Assembly: GCA_010909165.1 (NCBI GenBank)
Contig: MU008166.1
Coordinates: forward strand, 372,001-436,000
Length of the DNA: 64,000 nt
Origin: Anthoceros angustus
Lineage: Eukaryota > Plantae > Anthocerotophyta
Reading direction: 5' to 3'
Both the position numbers and the translations under genes were made by a program. Positions 36,697 to 50,130 of the stretch are shown piece after piece. The notes below the pieces were generated by a model. It did no database searches, was not told where the DNA came from, and saw only the letters and a program-made list of their open reading frames with translations. Every line of letters begins with the position of its first letter. The stretch's first letter is position 1.

Positions 36697-39600
36697 CTAT
36701 TTTCCTTTCCCCTTCCGGCCCTTGAAGCTGCCCTTCTTTTTGAAACCCTTGCTCTTGCTTTTGTCCTTATCATTGCTCCTCCCTTTGCCTTTGCCTATCT
36801 GCCGGGTCACTTTCGTCTGCCGGTGTTTGCGAACTTCTTCAAGCCCTCGAAGTTCGTCACGCACATTGGCATTTGGTATGGGAGCCTTCTTAGAATGACT
36901 GGCACCCCGTTTTCGCTTACCAGTGACTCCTGTTCACCCAAAAATCGGGGGAAAAGCTTCATCAGTACTTTCTCAAAATTTTGAATGGACAAACAACTGC
37001 CAAGCCGACGATTTAAGCAGAAACGTACCCCTTGGCTGATCCTCAGTTTGCCCATCACCACCACGAGTAGAAATCTCTCTGTGTGTTTTCTCCTTCCACT
37101 TTTTGTAGATGTTCCTATTGCCCACATTGACTTTGGCACCACTCTCTGTCTTGATCTGTCAAAACAGCAGGATGAGGGTACTGAAAGTCAGATAACTCAA
37201 GTGTCTCTTCAGGGCATAAGAACATTTTCCTGGGGCTGGCCACCTTACGACTTGCATCCTAGCAGTCTACTGCAAAGTGGGAAGAGCTTGGATCAGACCT
37301 TTCCAGATGCACCAATCTTTTCCCCACGGTTGAGTTTGATGAATTTCTTGCCTTTCTGTAAAAAGCAAAAAAAACCAGAGGTCGTGAACAAACTGTCACA
37401 TGCACTGCAACCAGTTTGAGCCCACGTGTTTGCTGCATACCTTATCCCAATGATATGTGGCTCTCTGTTTCTGAACACCCAGCTCGTCATCAGGAACAAG
37501 GTCTAGAACTTCTGAATCCATTCTGCCAGCCCACAGATCCCCATGTGAGCCTGCAGGCAAAAATCCTCCATACTCGATGGAGATGGTAAAGGTAAAAACC
37601 ACCCTGCCAGAGTTCCCAGGAGAGAGCTGCAGACAACATGATGCTATACATTCACGCTCCACTCAAACCACCTTTGAAGAGAAACGCACCTATTGGGTCC
37701 AAAATGCTCTTCATCTTTTGTGACTGTGAGTCCTGCTTCTGTATGCTGCCAGAAGTAGACCACGATGTAAGAATCCAAGATGCCAGGGCCGTTTAAATCA
37801 AATTTGATTGGCATAGAGCACAAACTAGCTTGTGAAACAGATGGCAACGGATCTACATTTAAGAGCTCACCCTTTGTTGAGGAATTGAACTTATGAAAAA
37901 GTCTTCATCTCTGAAGCTTTCCGGCAACCTCCTTGCTGTAGGAACACCTACACTGTGGCAAACATTGATCCTGAGACAGCGAACACTTGCAAAGACACAG
38001 AAACATCCAGATAAATGTGCCACCATGCCCCACTTCGACAATGCAACCGAATTACCCTTCCTTCGTTTAGATTTCCGGAAATCCTCATCCAGTAACTCTT
38101 CAATCTCAAGGTTCTAAAAGCCACAATCACCATGTTAAGAGGTTGGCCCAGCGTGTTAGCAACACCGTAAGGAAGAAATCAATCAAAGAAGAAAACACCC
38201 ACAGTTGAATTCTCAGTGGCCTTGGCCGCGCTCTTCTGTTCATGAACTGTGGAGATCACATGTTCATGGACAGCTCTTTTTCTCTTCATGATCTCTCCTG
38301 CTTGGGCTAGAGGAGTCTGCACTTACAAATAAAGCAGTTAGGGGGCGCCTGTAACGAGGGCACCAATTTCAAGACAGGCAAACCCTTCCAAGTTGGTACC
38401 TTCCTATTCTTCGATTTTGCAGCTTCTGCTTCTGCTTCCAAGACTGTTTGCTTCGGTCTGCAAGCCTCACACAGTAGGTAAGAAAGGTTAAGGGGAGATT
38501 GGAACAGAGTTTTTGGACAAAAGGCAATTTAGAAATAAAATGTGTCAACACGTCATGCTAAATAGCGAATACCAGCACACCAATCCCACACACCTGAAAT
38601 TCTTCAAACGTTCTGTGAATGCAGATGCCTCAGCTTCTGATTTGTGAATAGCGTCTCTGAAAAGAGGATGGATACCTTCCTCTGCCAAGCTCTTTGCTCG
38701 CTTGATTGACTCTGATGATGAATCAGGTCTCGTCTTCAGATACAACTTGAATGCATTCTCACTGGATTTTTGCAAAGCGCCAAGTTCCATCTTCTGCGAG
38801 ACAGCCTCCCGGAGTCTGTCCATGGTATGGTCTAACACAGCCTGTGGGAAACGACCATAGACTGTTTCACCTCTCTGGACAGCCTCATCCACTTTTTGCA
38901 ACACCCTCTCTTCATCCGCTACCACCTCTTCCTCTGAGGGTGCCGGCTGGATAGGCTTTGACAGGAACAGGTGGAGGTCAAGTACAAAAGGCATCTCATC
39001 AGCAGTGAAGAAGGAATATGCAGTACCATGTCGTCCCGCTCTTGCGGCTCTGCCCACTCTGTGAACAAATAGCTTTGGCTTAGCTGGAAAGTCATAGTTG
39101 ACCACATTGTCAAGCAGAGGAATGTCTATGCCCCTAGCCGCTACATCTGTCACAAGAAGCAGCATTGTCTTCCTCGCCTGAAATTTAGCAACGTGTATCT
39201 TACGAGCTGACTGGTCCATAGCTCCATAGACTACAGAAAGCTCTATCCCCTCTCCCTTGAGAACCTCATACAAATACTCGACATGATGCTTGGTTGACAC
39301 AAATATGATGGTTTGCTGGTCCGAAGGTATGACTTCCTGCACGAGATGTACCAAGGCTGCAGGCTTCTCACCGTGCCTGAGAGTGAAGAAAGCAAGCTTC
39401 AAATCTGGGCTGATCTTCGTCTCGGTGTCCAGCCTTATCAAATGAGGGTCCCTCAGCCCTGCTTTGGCAAAATCGGCCAGCAACCGCGGCAAAGTCGCAC
39501 TGAACAGCAGTGTCTGCCGAGTCTCGCTTAGATGACCTAAAATCTGCCTCAACTGTTCAGCAAACCCCATCTCAAACAACCTGTCGGCTTCATCAAAAAC

Positions 39601-40372
39601 GATATACTCCACGCTTCTCAGACTCATGCCCTCCACTTCGGACAAATGATGCATAAGCCGTCCGGGAGTTGCGACGAGGATATCGGGATTCTTGGAGAGA
39701 TCTTCAAACTGAGCCTCCATGCTGTCACCTCCGACAAGCACAGAGGCTGTGAGGTCTGCAGGCATAGGAAATGAGCTGAATTTCACATCTGCGCTGCCCA
39801 CAAAACTCGCTGGGCAGAACCTTGTGGATTGGAACCCTCACCTAAACTCACAATCTGCCTGAAATCGGACACACATGCACGCATACGCAAGCAAGGGAAG
39901 GGGCAGTACCAGTATATCGTTTAAGCTCGTTGCAGAACTTAAACGTCTGCTGAGCCAGCTCCCGAGTAGGGGACAGGATGACGGCGCGGGCACCGGCCCT
40001 GGAAGCGTGGGCCTTGAGCTTCTCCAGCATAGGAATGAGGAATGCAGCCGTCTTCCCAGACCCGGTCCGGGCCATGGCCACCACATCATAGCCTGCAAGG
40101 ACCAACGGCAGAGTCTTCCGCTGAATTGGCGTGGGCACACGGTACCCCTTCTTCTTCACGGCGCGGAAAACAGGCCCGCTCAGACCCAGCGTCTCGAAAC
40201 CCCCCGACTTGGCCTTCTTCCGCAGCTTCTTCTGGAGCTTCAGTTGCGATGCCGAGAGCGGCTCCACATCTCCGGTAAAATCCTGCACTCCGGGAAACTC
40301 CAACCTGCTACCATGGTCATCCGCCTCCTCGTCCTCTTCTTCATCCTCCCGCTTTCTCCTCACAGCCCCCAT
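36697..40372 (-). CDS. RH29: DEAD-box RNA helicase, DBP10/DDX54 ortholog, multi-exon
   Basis: Motifs: Q motif [46 protein letters not shown]-terminal DBP10-type YHWDK..KKFIK..KTESG and PNANVRDEL. Exons include 40372-39910, 39755-38594 and 38457-38400. TAG at 36697-36699. Alternative ATG at 40411. Confidence 0.93.
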
Positions 40373-40519
40373 GTCAGCTCCTGCAGATTGACGGCGTTCG
40401 CAGGCTTTCATTTACACCAACGGGCACATAATATAAACAGTCGGCCCCCCTAATTGGGAACTCTATAAATGGGATTCCTCTCTAAAATGGGACCTGTTAG
40501 GCAGAAGCATGAGCTTAGG

Positions 40520-40992
40520 CATTGAGGGAACCATTTCGTGGAATAGTAGAAGATAACCTACTATGGTATATGGAAGAGCTTAGGCATGAGGGAGCCATTT
40601 CGTGGAATAGTAGAAGATAATCTACTATAGTATATGAAAGATAATTTACTGTAATTCTATCTTCTACCGAAGTAGAATATATGACAACATGCTCTGCAGT
40701 CATGGAGGCGATATGGGGTAACTTGCTAGAGGAAATGGGATTCAAGCAAAAGGAAGCAACAACAATCTTCAACGACAATCAAAGTTGCATCTTCTTAGCC
40801 AAGAATGCAACTTTTCATGCTAGAACCAAGCACATAGAAGTGAAACATCACTTTGTAAGAGGGAATGTAAAATTAAAGGAGGTAAAGCTAGAGTATTGTC
40901 CAACAAGAGACACACTGGCAGATATTTTGACCAAAAACTTGCTTTTAGACAAACATGTTAGGTTTAGCAAGATGTTAGGCCTAAGGGAATAA
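40520..40992 (+). mobile_element. Ty1/copia RNase H 3' fragment
   Basis: GAISWNSRR, LSSTEVEY, DNQSCI.LAKN.TFHARTKHIEVKHHFVR and ADILTK. Confidence 0.9.
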
Positions 40993-41013
40993 TTTTGATA
41001 TGTTGAGTGAGAG

Positions 41014-41470
41014 TGTTAGAAATGATTTTTTAAAATATTTCAAAATATGTCATGAAGAGTACCTAAAAACATGTTATGAAGAGTGCCCTAAAAACAGGTC
41101 ATGAAAGGTGCTCTAAAAATAACAAACTTGTATACTTTCTAGAAAGTTATGTATTTTCTAGGAAGTATTTCTAGAAAGCCCAAGAGTAGAGGGTAAGTCA
41201 AAGTAACCGGGTTGGATTCAAGGTCAAGTGATCAATAGGATTCAAGGTCAAGTGACCAATAGGATTCAAGGTCAAGTGACCAATAGGATTCAAGGTCAAG
41301 GGACCAATAAGATTCAAGGTGAAGTGACCAATAGGATTCAAGGTCAAGGGACCAATAAGATTCAAGGTCAAGTGACCAATAAGATTCAAGGCTAAGGACT
41401 ATATAAGCCAAGCCCACCTGCATATGCTTGTGTGCTTGTGTGCTAGTACTTAGTGTGCCTAGTGCTTATA
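41014..41470 (+). mobile_element. Copia 3' LTR, right end uncertain
   Basis: Purine tract GAGTGAGAG followed by TGTTAGA at 41014. CTATATAAG at ~41399. Confidence 0.55.
41214..41390. repeat. 24-bp tandem repeat, ~7.4 copies, containing CCAAT boxes
   Basis: GGATTCAAGGTCAAGTGACCAATA units lie immediately upstream of the TATA box. Confidence 0.92.
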
Positions 41471-41699
41471 ATCCATATGGGAGTGTGGTGTTCCCTCTCA
41501 ATAAAGGCTCACCGCACACTAAGCCTCCATCACTAGGAACGTCAACATGCTGCCTCGCTAGGGTTGTCAATGTGCTGCCTCTCCGAAAGACCGCAGAATT
41601 GCTAGTTTGGCTAAATTGCTCAACCACCAGCTGTCTTCTAGCCAGACTACATCAAAGCCCACCGATCTTCTAACTAGGCTACATCAATTCCGAAACGAT

Positions 41700-44072
41700 C
41701 TTAGGTCCAGTATGGCACCCTATCCAAGGTTCTATTCTTAGGATGCTACTACCATTTTGCTTACGTTATCTTCGCGCCCGCCTCCGACTTGGCTGCCCTC
41801 CGTCCTTCGCTGCCGCCTCCACGAGCCCTCCTTCCTCGCCGCTGATCTGACAAGTCCTCCCATAGGACCTCCACCTCGCTGCCACTGCTGGACGTCCTTT
41901 CGCACCTAATCGAGGGTATGCCTTGCCCCTGAGCTTCCTCTACTCCGCCTATTGGCCGAGGATTATTATGGCTCTTCATCCACCCACGGACTTCTTCTTC
42001 CGTTAGCTCCTCCAAAAACTTCAGATAATAGGGGCCAATCCCCACACGGGCATAGTGAAGAAGTATCCACTGGGTCCTCACTTGCGTAAGGTAAGCCCCG
42101 TCCCTCCTATTTCCACACGCATGGACGTGAAGTTAAGCATGCTGCCCCATTCACATATAGACCGTGAACATAAGTTTCCTCATCCATGTGCAGAACATAA
42201 TAGGACCTCCACCTCGCTGCCACTGCTGGACGTCCTTTCGCACCTAATCGAGGGTATGCCTTGCCCCTGAGCTTCCTCTACTCCAGCCTGCCGCCTATTG
42301 CTGAGGATTATTACGGGCTCTTCATCCACCCACGCCTGGACTTCTTCTTCCGTTAGCTCCTCCAAAACCGCCTCTGTATAATAGGGGGCCAATCCCCACA
42401 CCCGGGCATAGTGGAAGAAGTATCCACTTCGGGTCCTCACTTGCAGAAGGTAAGCCCTGGTCCCTCCTATTTCCACACGCACATGGATGTGAAGTTAATG
42501 CGTTCCCCATTCACATATAGACCAGAACATAAGTTTCCTCATCCATGTGCCGCAACATAATAGGACCTCCGTAGGAGGTGCTTACCCTCCTCCCGTGGAC
42601 TACCCTCGCCGCCTCGATCCATGGCCCGCGGGCGATGCCACGCCTCCCTGCGCCGCCATGGCCGCACTGAGTTGGGCTCAAATGTCGAGCGATTTACCAC
42701 TGCAGAAGCGGGTCGCACGACGACTGCCCTGCTGCAACCCCGGTAGGTGTTTCACCCTGTTGCTTCTCCCTTCTCCGAGTTCCTTCCACTACCCCGTGGA
42801 CCCGCTCGCCTTCCCTTTTCCCTTCTCCTTCCTGACTCGGCCACGTGCCTCGTCCTGCTCCCGCTTGTACCGATCCGCCAACTTCTGAGCCTTCTCCACA
42901 GAGGCCGCCTCTTGCTCTTGGGCTCGCAACAATTGCCCCTGCATCTCTTGGTTTGCCTCGTGGGCATCCTTGCTCTGGGCCATGAGCGCTTCCTGCTGAC
43001 TCGTCATGGACCGTAACTCCTCTTGGGCCCTGCGTAAATCTTCCTGAATTTTGACCCTCATCTCCTCTAGGGCCTGTTTGTCTTCCTCCAGCTGTTTCCA
43101 CTTAGCCTCCCCCTCATCGAATCGGGCCTTTACCGCTTCTTCTCATCGCCCCTACGCGCTGAGCCAGGTGAGTACCAACGCAGCCTGATCTAGCAAATCC
43201 GGATCGGGCCTTGATCATGGTCAACCCGCAGATCCACTTGTTGAGGAGGCCCGGCGCTAGACGCCATCCCCCTATCCAACACCCTCTTTCCCAGCAAGGT
43301 GCGCACCCTAACCAACTCTGTCGCGTCGACCTCTGTCGCCAAAGGAGCTCCCTTGAAAATCTCTTCCCATCCTGAGGAGGGGTCCATTGCTAGGGTCAAC
43401 CCTAATCCTTCCGAGGCCTGTTCGTCATCTGCATCCAGGTCAGCAAAATTGTCCTCCTCGAATTGCACCTCTTCCTCCGCCAAATCGATCTGCCGCTCGG
43501 CCTTCATTTTCTTCGCTTTTTCCTGCAGCACGCCGACACGTGACGCTGGCCCACCCTTCCTCTTCTTGAACCTCGCCTGGCTCCCCCGGCCTTTCTCTTC
43601 TTGCTTGTGGCAACCTCCTTTCCCTCTTCTAAACTGCCCGTCGCCATGGACTCCCAACTGTCAGATCCTTCCTCTAGGACGAAGGGCCAGGCGGCCAAGT
43701 CGGGGAAGGGCGCGCAGATAGCGTAGGCAAATAGGTGATAGCATCCTAGGTATGGAATTTGGTTAGGATGCTGCACTGGACCTAAGTTCGCTCCGAATTG
43801 TAGGCGCGTCCCTTCACGATAGCCATTTTTAGGACCTGAAAATCTGGGGCCATGACGCCCCAGCCAATGTATAAGGGCGACCATGCCCCTCACAGCAGAG
43901 CACTCGCTGAGATCCCCACACAGGGCGCTTGGAGACGCCCACCATCAGAGGCGGGTGCGCGAGACGCTCCTAGGGATGGTCGAGAGCTTGCTCCGCAATT
44001 GGAGGAAGGAAGGGCGAGAGGCCTTGCCGGCGAGGAGGAGGAAACCAAGGGATTGGCGCGGGTCTCGAGCTT

Positions 44073-44136
<64 letters not shown>

Positions 44137-44927
44137 GGAGGAGTTGAGAAGGAGAACTAATTGAGAAACTAACAATGGAGATTTGTGTGGGTTCAAGAGA
44201 ATCCAAACCGGTGCTGTTGGTGGAAGTGTGCACAAGAGGAAACATCATTCCTTGTGGAATTGTGTGAGGGTGGCGCCCTGTGTGTGTGTGAAAGCGGGTG
44301 TGAGGGATCCTAGGAACTTTGGTCCCTATGAATCGGTGTGTGTATGAAGTGTGGAGTGCAAAAAAAAAATCTGATCTGTGAGCAGTGGTAGCCGCCCGTG
44401 GCAGGGATCTGCGGCGCCGTGCGCCAGAAATAAGTTGCTAGGGTTTGGTGTGGGACCCACCTCGGTGTCGTACTACCCTGAGTGGTGAGAGCCACCGTGG
44501 TAGTAGTTCGAACGGGGTTGTGGAATAAGATCGGTCGGGAATAAGATCGTGGTAATGGACAAGTTGGGAGGTAGTGGTAGTTGGGTAGATAGGTAAGAGG
44601 AGTAATAGCGTAAGTCCCGACTTAGGTGAAGGTCGAGCTACTACCCGAGTGGTGAGAGCCACCGTGGTAGTAGTTCGAACGGGGTTGTGGAATAAGATCC
44701 GTGGTGGGAATAAGATCTGTGGTAGCTGGACAAGTTGGGAGGTAGTGGTAGTTGGGTAGATAGGTAAGAGGAGTAATAGCAGGTAAGTCCTGACTTAGGT
44801 GAAGGTGATAGAGTTAAGAAGGCCTCTTGGCACAAACCATTCCCTTGGGAGCGAATCCCAGGACTACAACGACATTGAGGGTGAATGTGGACCTCACGGT
44901 GTCCCTAGACACAAATTCACACTCCAC
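41700..44927 (-). mobile_element. Family-A-related element with one intact end and a degenerate ORF
   Basis: The end ACCATTCCCTTGGGAGCGAATCCCAGGACTACAACGACATTGAGGGTGAATGTGG...TCCACA (44927) resembles the family A end. Minus-strand ORF pieces include FSGPKNGY and coiled-coil IQEDLRRAQEELR. Internal duplications at 41862/42200 and 44470/44640. Confidence 0.65.
44074..44130. repeat. (CT)28 microsatellite
   Basis: Read directly from the sequence. Confidence 0.98.
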
Positions 44928-46340
44928 AACATCCAAGAAGGGTCGACTGTCAATATGTTGAGGGAACTAGATGTTGCTATACCACCTCATAGGGTGTTGA
45001 AATCAAATAATATTAATAACACAAAGATAAATTTGACATCAAATAATATTATGAATATGAATGGGTGTTATAATATTATGAACACTCATCTACTAAATCT
45101 AATAATATTATCAATACTGAGAAAAGGTCAATTTTAGAGATGGGCCGATCCGGTGTGCCAACTCCGAATCCAATGATGAGACAATATGATACTAGTGAAA
45201 ATATTACTAATATTGATCGGGGTACAAGGACAAGGCAACTTAATACCATGTCAACTAAGAGCAGAACAAAGGGTTGCTATTATGACGAGCCTCGTGCTTG
45301 TTTTCTTCCTAGAAACAATTCAGAGGACGAGTCTTTTGAAAGTTGTCTCGTTGGAGAGAGTTAATTTCCAAAAAAATGCGAAGATCTGGAAGAAAGATTC
45401 TATATTGTTGAAGAACTTTCACCTAGCCAATTACAAAATTACGATATGAAATATCTTGGTGGTACTAAAGAAATTAATAATTACCTTGATAATCAATAAT
45501 AAATTTTAAATAGCCAACAAGAGATTTCAGAGAAACATCTTGATAATCAACGATAAATTTTAAATGATCAACAAGAGACTATCGAGAAAACTCTTAATAA
45601 ACCTTTATCCAAGAATAGGCCGAAAGGGAAAAGAATACCGTAAGGTCTAGAAACATGATCTTTATTAGAGAACAGGAAGAAAAGGAGAAAACTTGCTGAG
45701 GAACACGGCTTATTGTTTGCACCATCAAAAAGATGAATAATTAGTCCTCCCTTCCTGAGTGACATGGTAGCCAGACGTTCATTTCAACTTCGTGGTTAAG
45801 CAACCCTCTAGTCGAATCACTACAAGGATGAGGTACCTCATACCCCCAATTACTCTGGCCCTTAGTGGCGCGCTTGTTCTATAGCTCTTTGGCGCCGCCT
45901 AATGGATGATGTCTATTGTTTTGCCTGCAAAAAGGGCTGTTACTCGAGGGTTGTGAGTCCAAAGCCAAGCCTTTGTGCTGCGAATTGTGAGAAGAAGAAG
46001 AAGAATTTTATTTAAGTCTACTGAGGACGGATTTCCGTCATAGGACTTGATACTTGACAACTTGTATCATGGTGTGCTCAAGCTACTTGCACCAAGGGCA
46101 TCCATTGTAAGGTCTAGCTTTGGACTTAGACCGACATAGTACTCTCAGTCAGCGGAAATTGTCGTTTTAAGGAGCTTGATTAGAATTTGGTTTAAATTTA
46201 TATCATAATGATGAGGATCTCGAGATGTGTCGAAATCTCCAAGGAGATATGTAAGCTCAAGAGACTTAGAAACTTTTAGAAACAAAATGTTTTTGATGCC
46301 CGGTTACGCCTGCTTCATGGGCCAATTGTGAATTTTGGTC

Positions 46341-46520
46341 TGTTCGGAATTGGGCCACCTACTCTATCTAGATGGTTGTTCGGAATCGGGCCACCTACTC
46401 TATCTAGATGGTTGTTCGGAATCAGGCCACCTACTCTATCTAGATTGTTGTTCAGAATCGGGCGACCTACTCTATCTAGATTGTGGTTCGGAATCAGGCC
46501 ACCTAATCTATCTAGATTGT
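46341..46520. repeat. 36-bp tandem repeat, 5 copies
   Basis: TGTTCGGAATCGGGCCACCTACTCTATCTAGATKGT units at 46341, 46377, 46413, 46449 and 46485. Confidence 0.92.
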
Positions 46521-48144
46521 TGCGAGATATCTGTATTAAGGGCCCTATCTAGATGTCTGTCTAGTGGGCCCTCATGCTGTGTTGCTCTAGCGGATTGTGA
46601 GTTGAGCTGAACGATAATTAAGTAGGAGGGGTAGTTAGTCAATCGGGCGCCTGTACGGGAGGTCAGTAGAGTCAGAGAGGTCAGAAAGGGAGAGCACCTC
46701 CTCCATCCACGCTGGGAAGAGCTCCCCCACTCCTTCGTGGGAACAAAACCTAATGAGCGAAGCGACAGTGGGATAAGTGTGGCCGCTAGAGGGCAGGGTT
46801 CCAGAGGTCCCAGGATCCTACCACCACAGATGGGCTAACTAAGGGATCGACGAAAGACAACGTAAATGGCGGGACGGCTAGCAGGACGAATGGCGGGACC
46901 AATGGCTAGAGGGATGGTGGAGATAAATGGCATGTGGCGGGCTATGGCAAGACGAATATATTGAGGTGGCACGACGATAAGGGAGGCATGGCCAAAGGAT
47001 GGCAAAGATGGCTGTAGTGATCTAGGGCAGACACAGGCAAGCAAGGGTGATAGTTGGCTGCCCACCATCATATCACACACTCTTGATTGGGTTTTTTTTT
47101 GGATTTTTTGAGATTGATAAATATCTCTATTTTCTTTGCTGGATCTACAGAATGTCTCTATTTTTGAGTTCCATGATAGTGAGCGTCTTCTTTTGCTCTT
47201 CCCATTCATGTATGAAGCGCGTTTTTTTCGATGCACCATGTTTCGAACCCCTAATAAATATGACATTTAATGAAATTTTAGAATAATCTTGTGTTGGTAA
47301 TGTGTATCGAGAAGCCTATTTTTTGAGCATTTACCTTTCCCAAATCCACATTACAATCATCTCCTTGCTTACAAATAATGAGGTAAAAAAGACCATAACT
47401 ACAGCCTAGATGTCATTGAAGTGCTACAGCTAGACCCTCGCTGACCATGGGTGACAAAAAGGCCAGACAACTATTGTATGCGCATCTCCATGAAATGGAA
47501 CTTTCTTGGTCATAATTTTGTAACCACCTTCCATTAAACCTTGTCTATACCCCTTGTCACGAGTTATATATATGTACATAGATCTTCCATATAAATTATC
47601 ATATTATTTTGGGCACTTCGTAAAATTTGAAGGATTTTGTACTTGCATGCTTTAAATATTTATGGGTATTATGTCAATCCTTATATCATGGAATTGGGAT
47701 CCATCATCTTTCTACAACCCCATCCACCTATGTAATGTGAGAGTTACGCTCCAATTGTATCCCGCATCGTATGGTCTCTTGCGTAAATAAATGTGACCTA
47801 ATCAAATAGAAATCCTCGATTAGTTTCTTAGATTAGAAAACAAATAATTGGTCGATGGACATGTTTTAAAAGAAGCTCATATAATTTAACATAAATGATT
47901 AAATAGAGCTCTGGAGTTTTTCTTTGAGACCTATCGAGTTTTATCATGAAAATTATTTTAACTGTTTTTGAGAACCTTCGGATTATATTAGATTTTTCAA
48001 GTATATATGTGAGACACATGTCTCATTTTCATGTACTTTGAACTAGCATTCTATTACTTTATTCTGGCATTGTTTTTGTGAAGGACTTTTGATTGAGAAT
48101 CTTCTAACACTAGAAAGTTCTCAATCAAATTTTCTAGTGCTTAA

Positions 48145-49805
48145 ATGACTTGCATTGGAGTGTTTGTGCTAGTAGTTACATTTCTTTGGCTTTTGACTCA
48201 TGCAAATGCAGCAAGCTTAAGGAGCGGTGTATATAATGCATCTACAAAAGTTCATGTCATTGGGAAACTTATGTTGGATTCCAAAGCTTCTGTGAGGTAT
48301 GTGGTTGTTTCTCTGTTCTTGAATGCAAGATCATGATATTTTATTTGTTTATTTATATCAAATATACTCTATATTTTAAATTTGATATGTAGGATTTATA
48401 TACTATGATGTAGATTGTCTCAACAAAATGTGAATTTCACTATTGATGTTGCTCATCATTAATTGATCGTCGTTTTTGCTTCCTCGCAGTAACACAATCG
48501 ATTCATGTTGGATGAAAAAAAATTGGGTTGCTGAGAGGAAGCATCTTGCAGATTGTGCAATTGGATTTGGTTCTAATGCACTTGGAGGACGGGACGGTAG
48601 ATATTATCTCGTCACAGATGCCGGGGATGATTGTCTGCATCCTGCACCAGGCACTCTTCGGTATGGTGTGATACAAGAAGAGCCCTTGTGGATCTTTTTC
48701 GCAAGGGATATGAAGATATCTCTGGAGAAGGAGCTCATTATCACAAGTTACAAGACAATTGATGGGCGGGGTCATACAATTCGCCTTGGAGAAGGATCTC
48801 CTTGTTTAACAATTGAGGGAGTCAGCCATGTGATTATTGAGTCTTTGTTTCTTGAAAATTGTGTTCCTTCACGAGCAGGACGCGTCATTAGTTCTACAAA
48901 CCACACAGGATGGAGAGGTGGTTCGGATGGAGATGCCATCAACATATACACTTCTACAAACATATGGGTAGATCACAATATTTTGTCTCATTCTGCTGAT
49001 GGATTGGTTGATGTTACACATGGTTCTACTTTGGTGACAATTTCAAATAATTATTTTCATGATCATGATAAGGTAATATTAGCGTAAAATTTTCTATCAA
49101 GTTATCTATGATTTGAATTATATTTTTTGATGATTATATAACATGAATTATTTTTTGATAATCTATATGCAGGTTATGCTTCTCGGGCATAATGATGGAA
49201 ACTCGGAAGATACTAGTATGCAAGTCACGATTGCGTACAACATCTTTGGACCAAATCTTGTTCAACGTATGCCGAGGTAATTGACTAGATATTTGATGCT
49301 CACACATTTCCTTAGAACGGTGTAGGATCATGTTCAAAGTCTTTTTCTAACCCAGTTTTGAACATATTCTATAGATGTCGATTTGGACAATTCCATATCT
49401 TCAATAATGAATACATGGGATGGAAAAAATATGCAATTGGAGGAAGCGCAAATCCAACCATCCTGAGTGAAGAGAACTTCTTCAAAGCTTTTGGAAAAAA
49501 ACGAGTAAGTTAAAAAGAACTAGAGTTCTTTGTTATAATTGATTGATTTAAATTTGATGTGTGAATATTCTAAATCTATATGTTTTTATCTCTAGATAAC
49601 CAAAAGGGAGGGACATCCGAGCTCCAGTTGGAGTTGGCAATCATCCAAAGATATTATGTTGAATGGAGCTTTCTTTGAGGAATCAGGATCTAGTAGGCAA
49701 CCACATCTACACTCCAAGGCTGCGGGAGTTGCTCAAAACTTTAGCTTTCACTTAGTTGTAAGAGCAGGACCTATTAGTGTGTCTAAGTTGAATCCAAATT
49801 ATTGA
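48145..49805 (+). CDS. Pectate lyase (PL1), secreted, 5 exons
   Basis: Exons 48145-48296, 48490-49072, 49173-49276, 49375-49504 and 49596-49805 join in frame with GT-AG introns. Signal peptide; [51 protein letters not shown]. Confidence 0.95.
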
Positions 49806-50130
49806 TTTCCAGGAGTGTGAATTTGGGAGAACCTTATGCGAGAGGAGAGAGCCTTATGCGTGCAGAACTAGCAAAGTAATTAATAATTAATAATTAATAA
49901 TTTAAGTAATAAAAAAAATTGTTTAAGTACCATCTATTAACTAAACCCTAACTTATCCATTAGTTGACCAGTGTAGGTTACCCCTTCAACAAGGAGACAA
50001 GAGTTGCTCACAGGTTTAGCAATTGATGGTCATTCCATTTGAGTATGTACATAGCTTTCCTAGCATCGATCGTGATGTCAGGCTAGGCTACTGGCTAAAT
50101 TGCTCAACCACCACCGGTCTTCTAGATAGA

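Noticed and set aside
43852-44248. ORFs with SLSLSL or ERERER runs
   Set aside because: They are translations of the (CT)n microsatellite.
44930-45800. Possible MULE transposase C-terminal remnant (RPKGKR)
   Set aside because: Only one short basic motif is present, with no DDE or SWIM signature and no TIR.
46341-46520. 36-bp repeats of CRISPR-like length
   Set aside because: Units are head to tail with no spacers.
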